From the NCBI GenBank assembly GCA_021842465.1, contig JAKBZN010000006.1:4728-68727 (forward strand): DNA of 64,000 nt, given 5' to 3'. This document shows positions 56,587 through 64,000 of this stretch, piece after piece (position 1 is the stretch's first letter; the number at the start of each line of letters is the position of its first letter). A program made the translations under genes and the position numbers. The notes below the pieces were generated by a model that was not told the origin of the DNA, searched no databases, and saw nothing but the letters and a program-made list of their open reading frames with translations. This stretch comes from Pseudomonadota bacterium. GTDB taxonomy: Bacteria > Pseudomonadota > Gammaproteobacteria > Burkholderiales > Burkholderiaceae_F.

Positions 56587-56611
56587 CCCTCTCCCGCGAC
56601 GCGGGAGAGGG
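56587..56611. terminator. Hairpin between convergent genes (CCCTCTCCC...GGGAGAGGG REP-like core)
   Basis: ccctctcccgc-gac-gcgggagaggg, immediately downstream of the SWIB gene stop. Confidence 0.55.
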
Positions 56612-56619
56612 CGTCGCGG

Positions 56620-57021
56620 TTACTTCAGATTCTTGCTGACGTACTTCGTCAATTCGAACATCGAAACCTGCGACTTGCCGCCGAACAGCGCGCGCAACTT
56701 GTCGTCGGCATTGATGTTGCGGCGATTGACCGTGTCCTGCAGCTTGTTCTTCTTGATGTACACCCAGACCTTGCTGGTGACCTCGGTACGCGGCATCGGA
56801 GTGGTGCCGATCACCGCGGCCAGCGGGCCGACCGGCGTCAACGGCTTCATGAACGCCGCGTTCGGCGTGCGCACTGCCTTCTTTGCCGCGACCTTCTTGG
56901 CGGGGGCCTTCTTCACGGCCGCAGTTTTCGCTGGTGCCTTCTTCGCCGCGACCTTTTTGGCCGGAGCCTTGCTCACGGCTTTCTTCACAACTTTTTTCGC
57001 GGCCTTCTTGGCAGTAGCCAT
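56620..57021 (-). CDS. SWIB/MDM2 domain protein with histone H1-like Lys/Ala-rich N-terminus
   Basis: RBS AGGAG; KKAPAKKVAA repeats followed by PNAAFMKPLTP...RTEVTSKVWVYIKKNKLQD...VSMFEL. Confidence 0.92.
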   Translation of the reverse strand: MATAKKAAKKVVKKAVSKAPAKKVAAKKAPAKTAAVKKAPAKKVAAKKAVRTPNAAFMKPLTPVGPLAAVIGTTPMPRTEVTSKVWVYIKKNKLQDTVNRRNINADDKLRALFGGKSQVSMFELTKYVSKNLK

Positions 57022-57340
57022 CGACGATCTCCTATAGGTTTTGCAAAAGCGTTCGGGGCAGCGGCGCGGACGGCGATCGCGTCCCGCCGGTTGCGGGGCC
57101 GCAAGGAACGGGCCCCGTTGCGTGACCGCAATACTATGCGAATCGCCAAGAGACGCAAGCATTTTCCGAGGGAAAAGTATGTTTCGCGCGACCATTTTGC
57201 GCAGGCGCGCGACGAGGTGGCCGTGCGGCCCGGAAACCGCAGCAATATTCCACCCACAACATATGGGCCGATTCCGGATCGGCGCACAAGCGCATGTAGG
57301 GCCCCGGGAACCGGAGACGGACGATAGAATCGCCGCGCCG

Positions 57341-58150
57341 ATGCCGTCCACTCCCCTCCACTCCGATCCTCGCACCCCCGGCCTGGTCGCGGCGTTTGCC
57401 GCGCTCAGCGCATTGGGCGCGCTCGCGCTGGCGAACGGCGGCCTCGACCGTCCGATCTTTGCCGCGATCAACGGGTTCGCCGCCCGCGATCTCCCGCGTG
57501 GACTGCCCAGCGACCTGACGATTCTCGGCCACGGGTTGGTCGCCGTGATGCTGCTGGCCCCATTCCTGGGATCCAACCCGCGAGTGCTCGCGGCGGGAAT
57601 CCTGGCGGCGCCGCTGGCCGGTCTGTTTTCCTGGGCCGGCAAAACCACGTTCGGTCGTCCGCGGCCCGCCGCGGCGCTCGGCGCGAGCCACATCCACATC
57701 GAGGGGCAGACCCTGGCGGCGCACAACTCCTTTCCATCCGGGCATTCGATCACGATCTTCCTCGTCGCCACCGTCCTGATCCTCGCTTGCCGCCCCACCC
57801 GGACCCGCCCCGCGCTGGCCGGCGCCATGCTCGGCGCAGCCCTGGTTGCGGCGTCGTCCCGCGTCATGGTGGGAGCCCACTGGCCCTCCGACGTCCTGGG
57901 GGGCGCGGCGCTCGGGGTCGTCGCCGGCGGATTCGGGGTCTGGGCGTCGCGGCGATTTCCGGCTCGCTCCAATCGAGCCCGGGGAGCGCTCGGCATCGTC
58001 GTGCTGGCCTGCGCCGCGGCGCTTGCGATCACCGACACCGGATACCCGCTGGCGCAGCCCCTGCAGTGGATCGCGGTTGCCATCGGCGGCGTGATGGGCC
58101 TATGGGCAATCGCGCGGTCGATGTGCGCGGGGAGGCCCCGATGCGGATGA
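57341..58150 (+). CDS. PAP2 family membrane phosphatase
   Basis: K....RPRP, SFPSGHS, SRVMVGAHWPSDV motifs. Confidence 0.9.
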   Translation: MPSTPLHSDPRTPGLVAAFAALSALGALALANGGLDRPIFAAINGFAARDLPRGLPSDLTILGHGLVAVMLLAPFLGSNPRVLAAGILAAPLAGLFSWAGKTTFGRPRPAAALGASHIHIEGQTLAAHNSFPSGHSITIFLVATVLILACRPTRTRPALAGAMLGAALVAASSRVMVGAHWPSDVLGGAALGVVAGGFGVWASRRFPARSNRARGALGIVVLACAAALAITDTGYPLAQPLQWIAVAIGGVMGLWAIARSMCAGRPRCG

Positions 58151-59727
58151 GCCTCGCGCCGGGATGGCTGGCGCGCAACGACAAGGCGCTGCCACCGGCA
58201 GGCGTCGCGATCCTCTTTCTCGCCGCGTGCGCGCTGCTCCTGCTGCCGACCCTGGGTCGCTATCCGCTCTTCGACATCGACGAAGGCGCCTTTTCCGAGG
58301 CGACGCGGGAAATCCTGCGCAGCGGCGACTGGATCTCGACCACACTCAACGGCCTCCCCCGCTACGACAAGCCGATCCTGATCTACTGGTTGCAGGCCTT
58401 GAGCGTCAAGGCATTCGGCCTGAACGAATTTGCCCTGCGGCTGCCGTCGGGCCTCGCGGGGCTGGCGTGGGTCGCCGCGATCCTCCGTTTCGGCGCGCCC
58501 CGTCTGGGCATCCGCAGCGCCTTCGCCGCTGCGACGATCGCATTCACCAGCCTCGGCGTGACGGCGATGGCCCATGCCGCGACGGCGGACGCCCTGCTCA
58601 ACGCGCTGCTTGCCGCCACGATGTTCGACTTGTGGCGCTACCTCGAAGGGCAACGCCGGGCCGCCCTGCTGCGCTGTTACGCCTGGATCGCGCTCGGCGT
58701 GCTGACCAAAGGACCGATCGCCATCCTGATCCCTGTCGCCGTGGGGATCCTGTATTGCGCCGTCTCCGGCCGGTCGCGCGATGCAATGCGCGCGGCCGTC
58801 GATCCGGTCGGCTGGGTGATCCTAATCGCGATCGCCGCCCCGTGGTACGCCGCGCAGCTCATCATCCACGGATGGGATTTCGTCCAGGGCTTTCTGATCC
58901 ACCACAACCTGCAGCGCTTCGGCGGAACGCTCGAAGGCCACGCCGGAAGCCCGCTCTATTACCTCATCGTCCTGCCGCTGCTGCTCGCGCCCTGGAGCGG
59001 ACTGCTCTGGCGCACGGTGCGCCCGCTGCGACAGGACTGGCGCGGAGATCTGCCGCGGTTCCTGTGGCTGTGGTTCGGATTCGTCCTGGTCTTCTTTTCG
59101 CTTTCCGGAACCAAGCTGCCGCACTATCTGCTCTATGGCATGACGCCGGTGTTCCTGCTTGCCGCGCGGCGCATCGACGCGCGCGGAGCCGCCGGCCTGC
59201 TGTTGCTGCCCGGCGCGCTGCTGCTGCTCCTGCCGGCGGCGCCCGCCATCACGCAGTGGTTTGCCGACGCACGCGCACATGCCAGTCCGGATTTTTATGC
59301 CGCGCAGACCCAGCGTGCCTTGTCGACCGCGGCAGGGGCCTATTACTGGATCACCGGAGCGGCCGCCGCAACGGGCATCCTGCTTGCGACGCGACGCGCC
59401 ATCACACCGGCCTGGCGGGCCGCCGGAATGTGCTTCCTCCTCACCGGATCGCTCGGATTCGCATTTCTTCCGTGGCTCGGCAACCTGCTGAGCGGCCCGA
59501 CCAAGCACGCCGGGGAAATCGCGGCAACCCTGCCGGGACCGGTCGTGGAATGGAACATCACCGTGCCCAGCTTCAGCGTCTACCGCCGGCACCGCACGCC
59601 GTCGCGCGCGCCGGAGCCCGGGGAATATGCGATCACCCGGACGGATCGCCTGGTGCCGGGCGTGCCCGTGAAGGTGCTGTTCCGGGAGGGCGGCGTCGAA
59701 CTGGTGCAGCGGCTCCCGCCACGCTGA
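58141..59727 (+). CDS. ArnT/PMT-like (GT39/GT83) membrane glycosyltransferase
   Basis: DIDEGAF, YDKPILIYW, RLPS, LTKGP, PWY, TKLPHY. Confidence 0.9.
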   Translation: MRMSLAPGWLARNDKALPPAGVAILFLAACALLLLPTLGRYPLFDIDEGAFSEATREILRSGDWISTTLNGLPRYDKPILIYWLQALSVKAFGLNEFALRLPSGLAGLAWVAAILRFGAPRLGIRSAFAAATIAFTSLGVTAMAHAATADALLNALLAATMFDLWRYLEGQRRAALLRCYAWIALGVLTKGPIAILIPVAVGILYCAVSGRSRDAMRAAVDPVGWVILIAIAAPWYAAQLIIHGWDFVQGFLIHHNLQRFGGTLEGHAGSPLYYLIVLPLLLAPWSGLLWRTVRPLRQDWRGDLPRFLWLWFGFVLVFFSLSGTKLPHYLLYGMTPVFLLAARRIDARGAAGLLLLPGALLLLLPAAPAITQWFADARAHASPDFYAAQTQRALSTAAGAYYWITGAAAATGILLATRRAITPAWRAAGMCFLLTGSLGFAFLPWLGNLLSGPTKHAGEIAATLPGPVVEWNITVPSFSVYRRHRTPSRAPEPGEYAITRTDRLVPGVPVKVLFREGGVELVQRLPPR

Positions 59728-59754
59728 GGAGTTCGATCCCGCGGCCGGAACCGG

Positions 59755-60153
59755 CTATCCGCCCGCGGCGCTCCGCCCCGTGCCACCAACCGCCGCCACC
59801 GCGATGGCCACCCAACCCGACAGGAAGCAAAGCCCTCCGAACGGTGTGGCGAACCCGACGATGCGAGGAGCCCCCAGCGCCAGGGCGTAGAGGCTGCCAC
59901 TGAACAACAGGATGCCTACAACGAAGCAGCCGGCGGCGATCCGCGCCGCACGTCCGTGCCAGCGCTGCTGCGCCGAAGAAACGAACAGCAGCGCGAGCGC
60001 GTGGATCATTTGATAGTGCGCCGCGGTCTGATACACGGCCATCATGTCCGGCGCAAGGCGGGCACGCAGGGCGTGCGCACCGATCGCCCCGGCGGCAACC
60101 CCCGCAAATCCGAAAACAGCGCCCGCCAGCGCGGAAAAACGGGAAGAATCCAT
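59755..60153 (-). CDS. DUF423 (YgdD/TMEM256) membrane protein
   Basis: GAIGAHAL, YQMIHALAL, LFSGSLY.L, TPFGG..F..GW. Confidence 0.9.
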   Translation of the reverse strand: MDSSRFSALAGAVFGFAGVAAGAIGAHALRARLAPDMMAVYQTAAHYQMIHALALLFVSSAQQRWHGRAARIAAGCFVVGILLFSGSLYALALGAPRIVGFATPFGGLCFLSGWVAIAVAAVGGTGRSAAGG

Positions 60154-60224
60154 ACCCCTTGTCCAGTCGCATCCGAATGTTCCCGGCATTTTCCCCCAAG
60201 TCGACCGCGATCGGCGATCCGGGA

Positions 60225-61935
60225 TCAGGACGTCGGAACCGCAAGGCGCCGCCCCTGTGTCAGCAACCTCGCAAAGTCCTCGGCAAGGATCGACTCGCTG
60301 AACAGGTAGCCCTGCATGGCGTCACAGCGCGCGCGAGAGAGGAACGAAAACTGCTCCCACGTCTCCACTCCCTCGGCGACCACCTGCATCTTCAACTCGC
60401 GGGCCAGTGCGATCACCATGCGGGCAATCGTTGCGTCGTTGGGATCGGTGGCGATGGAATCGACGAATGACCGGTCGATCTTCAGGCCGTCGATGGGGAA
60501 GCGCTTCAGGTAGGCGAGGCTCGAGCAGCCCGTGCCGAAATCGTCCAGCCAGATGCGGACGCCGACCGCCTTCAGTTCGGCAAAGACGCGGATGCTTTCC
60601 TCCGGCGCCGCCATGGCGACGCTTTCCGTGACTTCCAGTTCCAGGCAACGCGCCGACAGTCCGTTGGCCTCCAGCGCCCGCGCAATCTGCCGGGGAAGAT
60701 CGCGCAGTTGGAATTGCAGCGCGGAGAGGTTGACCGCCACCGCGACTTCCGGCAACCCCGCCGCCATCCAGTCGCGGATCTGCGCACAGGCCGATTCGAT
60801 CACCCACTGCCCGATCGGCACGATCAGGCCCGTCTCCTCGGCCAGCGGGATGAACTCCATCGGGGACACCATGCCCCGGACCGGGTGGCGCCATCGAACG
60901 AGCGCTTCGGCGCCGATGAGGCTGCCATCCTGCAATCGCACCTTCGGCTGGTAGTGCAATACCAATTCCTGCCGCTCGAGCGCCCGCCGAAGATCGGCCG
61001 CTTGATCGTCTCCAGAAGATGCGTCCCGAAGTCCGCCGCCGCCTCGCGATGCGTGTCGTTCATCACGATCATGAATTCGTCGCCGCCCAACCGCGCCACG
61101 GTATCCCCGAAACGGGCAAGCGCGCCCAGCCTTGCGCCGATATCCCGCAACAACGCGTCTCCGACGGCATGCCCGAGGCCGTCGTTGACGATCTTGAACC
61201 GGTCGAGGTCGATCAACAGCATGGCGACGCACCGGTCGGAATCCCGTGCCAGGGCCAGCGATCGGGCGGTCCGTTCCTCGGCCAGCAAGCGGTTTGCGAG
61301 TCCGGTGAGGGAGTCGTGCGTTGCCTGGTAGCGAAGCTGCCGCTCCTGCCGCTTGCGTTCGCTGACATCAGAAAAGAAGGCGACGTGGACCCGGCCGCCG
61401 TTGCACCGCAAGGACGAGGCCTTGATTTCGACATCGACCACGTCCCCGCTGCGGGTGAGGACCTGCGTTTCGATCCACTGCCCGTCCGTGGTCCACCGCC
61501 GGCGGGAGAACCCCCGCGACGAGGTTCCCAGCTCCGACGCCGGGGGATGCAGCACCCACTGCGGCCGGCCGAGCAGTTCGGCGCGTCGGCGTCACCCGGA
61601 ACCGGCACCAGGGACAAGTCCCAGTAGGTTTCTCCCCAATCCGGCCGGTCCGCAAACACGAACGGGTGATCGGAGGCCGCATAGGGAGTCCGGGTTTCCG
61701 CCGCCCGCCGGAACTCCTCGGTCAGCGGGGACGGATGGAAGTCGAACAGCAGCCGCCCGGAAAATTCTTCCGTCTGCCGCGCGCAGACGGCCGCATAGGC
61801 ACGGTTGACGTGGAGATAGCGGAAATCGCAATCGAGGATGACGATGCAGTCGTCGGCATGCCGGTAGATGGATTCCAGCAACGAAAGTGCGGGCGCGATC
61901 CCCGGACCGTCATCCCTGCGCTCCGCGGTTTTCAC
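60225..61935 (-). pseudogene. PAS-PAS-GGDEF-EAL gene broken by two internal frameshifting deletions
   Basis: PAS, PAS-GGDEF N-half and EAL lie in three different frames. The GGDEF domain stops after GGDEF...TIKRPI and jumps to ADLRRALERQELVLHYQP. Confidence 0.85.
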
Positions 61936-62429
61936 GGCATCGCCTCCAAGTCTGCGCCTCCCCGTTTGACACTCCGTACCATAGTGCGGAGTCAGATTGT
62001 ATTACGTCAAACGGATTGGGAAGCGCGACAAAAAGCGCAGGTTCCGGCGCCAGTTTGAAAAATCAGGAGGTTGGATGACCTACGGGATCGATCCGGCCGC
62101 GCGCCATGAGGAGCGCCCGACTGCCGGACCGATGCGCCCGGCGCACGGAATGCGCCGCGCATTTCGCGCAAAAAAATGCGGTCCCAGGCCCGAACATTGG
62201 AGGGGATCGGTCCCGGGACCGCGACGACCCAAGGTGGTGAGGGTCATGTGTCGCCCGCAACAAACAAGCAAACAAGATGCATCTTATAGAAAATCCCCGA
62301 TCTTTGCAACCGTATTGATTCTCCATAAGAAATCCATGGATCACATCTTTCCGGGGGCACGGCATCCCGACTCCGGACTGCCCCATCGGAAGGAGCGGCA
62401 AACCGGGGAAATCCTGCTAGGCTGCACGC

Positions 62430-62927
62430 ATGCAACTTACGAGATTCACGGACTATTCTCTTCGCGTACTGGTCTACCTGGGCGCCCACCCCGAGCGGCT
62501 GTGCACGATCTCCGAGATCGCGGAGAGCTACGGCATCTCGGAAAACCACCTGATGAAGGTCGTCAACCGCCTGTCAACGGCGGGATACATCGAGACCCTG
62601 CGCGGGAAGGGCGGCGGAATGCACCTTTCCCGCGCCCCCAAGCTGATCAACATCGGCGACGTCGTGCGGCACATGGAAGATCGCCTCGACATCGTCGAAT
62701 GCTTCAATGCCGAGCACCAGGACTGCCCGCTGCTTCCCGCCTGCACGCTGAAGTCCGTGCTGGCCGATGCGCGGCGCAACTTCATGTCGACGCTCGACCG
62801 CCACACCCTGCAGGACGTCCTCGGCAGCGGCATGAGCGGCGTGTTCGCCGTCGCGCGAACGACGCGGATCGCGCCCCAGATTCCGGTCCGCCAAAGGAAA
62901 CGGGCCGAGAATCCGCTGGTGGATTGA
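62430..62927 (+). CDS. nsrR: Rrf2 family Fe-S regulator, NsrR-like
   Basis: MQLTRFTDYSLRVL, HLMKVV, RGKGGG, three Cys (VECF...DCPL..ACTL). Confidence 0.82.
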   Translation: MQLTRFTDYSLRVLVYLGAHPERLCTISEIAESYGISENHLMKVVNRLSTAGYIETLRGKGGGMHLSRAPKLINIGDVVRHMEDRLDIVECFNAEHQDCPLLPACTLKSVLADARRNFMSTLDRHTLQDVLGSGMSGVFAVARTTRIAPQIPVRQRKRAENPLVD

Positions 62928-62969
62928 CGGCCCGTTCCGGCACACGCCTTCCGGCGCTACAGCCCCCAC

Positions 62970-62993
62970 CCGCTCCCGCCGCGGCGGGAGCGG
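62970..62993. terminator. Perfect 24-bp palindrome between the convergent nsrR-like gene and amtB
   Basis: ccgctcccgccg|cggcgggagcgg. Confidence 0.55.
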
Positions 62994-63002
62994 AGTCGGT
63001 CA

Positions 63003-64000
63003 TCAGTAGTGATAGGCGGTCTCGCCGTGGTACGACGTGTCCAGCCCTTCGCGCTCCTCCTCCTCCTTGACGCGGATGCCCACGAGCAGGTCGGCAACCT
63101 TGAAGGAGATGAACGACACCGTCGCGGTCCACACCACCGTCAGGCCCACCGCCTTGGCCTGGATCAGCAGTTGGGCCAGGATGCCCGGATAGCCGGTCTT
63201 CATGGTGACCCAATCCTGCACGGAGCCCGGGCCGCCCAGGCTGGGGTCGTTGAAGATGCCGGTGAGCAGCGCGCCGGCGATCCCGCCCAGCGCATGCACC
63301 CCGAAGACGTCGAGCGCATCGTCGACGCCGATCATCCGCTTGAGGCCGGTGACGCCCCAGAAGCACAGCGGTCCGACCAGCAAGCCGATGACGAACGCAC
63401 CGGCGATGCCGACGTTGCCGGCGGCAGGCGTGATCGCCACCAGCCCCGCCACCGCCCCCGACGCGGCACCGAGCATCGACGGCTTGCCCTTGATCATCCA
63501 CTCGACGAACATCCAGGACAGCACCGCCATCGCCGTCGCCAGGTAGGTGTTCATGAAGGCCAGGGCGGCGGAGCCATTGGCTTCGAGGGCGGAACCGGCG
63601 TTGAAGCCGAACCAGCCGAACCACAGCAGCGAAGCGCCGATCATCGTCATGGTCAGGCTGTGGGGCGCCATCGACTCCTTGCCCAGGCCGATCCGCTTGC
63701 CCAGCAGGATCGCGGCGACCAGGCCGGCAACCCCGGAGTTGATGTGCACCACCGTGCCGCCGGCGAAGTCCAGAGCCCCCCATTGCCAGAGCAGGCCGGC
63801 CTTGGCGTTCATGGCGTCGACCACCTTGGCGCTCGTATACGCGTCCGGCCCCTCGAAGAACCACACCATGTGCGCGATCGGCAGGTAGCTCAGCGTGAAC
63901 CAGATCGTGATCGCGATCAGCACGGCGGAAAACTTGATCCGCTCGACGATCGCGCCCAGCAACAGGCAGCCCGTGATTGCCGCGAACGTGGCCTGGAATC
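63003..64000 (-). CDS. amtB: Ammonium transporter (5' end outside the window)
   Basis: FQATFAAIT, DFAGGTVVHINSG, LLWFGWFGFNAGS, GLVAITP, DDALDVFGVH, EEEREGLD...HGE.AY. Confidence 0.96.
   Translation of the reverse strand, partial: FQATFAAITGCLLLGAIVERIKFSAVLIAITIWFTLSYLPIAHMVWFFEGPDAYTSAKVVDAMNAKAGLLWQWGALDFAGGTVVHINSGVAGLVAAILLGKRIGLGKESMAPHSLTMTMIGASLLWFGWFGFNAGSALEANGSAALAFMNTYLATAMAVLSWMFVEWMIKGKPSMLGAASGAVAGLVAITPAAGNVGIAGAFVIGLLVGPLCFWGVTGLKRMIGVDDALDVFGVHALGGIAGALLTGIFNDPSLGGPGSVQDWVTMKTGYPGILAQLLIQAKAVGLTVVWTATVSFISFKVADLLVGIRVKEEEEREGLDTSYHGETAYHY

Noticed and set aside
62385-62429. GGCAAACC...GAAA resembling a c-di-GMP-I riboswitch
   Set aside because: The downstream GACGCAAAG/P2 elements and pairing are missing.

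Overview
High-GC bacterial chromosome segment. The gene content fits a facultatively autotrophic, probably betaproteobacterial organism (inference). Bases 1-18.6 kb hold two RuBisCO loci, form IA cbbL-cbbS-cbbQ-cbbO and form II cbbM-cbbQ-cbbO. Neither has an adjacent cbbR. Between them lie a TonB-dependent receptor/ExbBD/TonB/cytochrome b561/PepSY operon and an Omp85-barrel plus anion-permease pair. An EmrAB/OMF-type efflux pump and a GGDEF-EAL gene follow. The most striking element, at about 24.7-39.1 kb on the minus strand, is a 14-gene dissociated type II FAS/PKS-like biosynthetic cluster that I cannot assign to a known class. It encodes an AsnB-type amidotransferase, an active plus a degenerate dehydratase, an ACP, a His-less KAS III, an active plus a degenerate ketoreductase and a fused KS-CLF didomain. 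It also encodes a secreted protein, LolD/LolE/LolA-like export components, an outer-membrane barrel and an Sfp-type PPTase whose reading frame runs without a stop into dihydroorotase (pyrC). The right part is mostly housekeeping: Atm1-like ABC, thioesterase, glycerate kinase, a Rossmann-PAS-GGDEF cyclase, quinone oxidoreductase, ppc, beta-oxidation genes, CYTH-CHAD, HNH, SWIB, PAP2/ArnT-like genes, a doubly deleted PAS-GGDEF-EAL pseudogene, an nsrR-like gene and a partial amtB. Short palindromic repeats are present. I found no CRISPR array, rRNA, tRNA or transposase. All calls rest on motif recognition by eye, without database searches.
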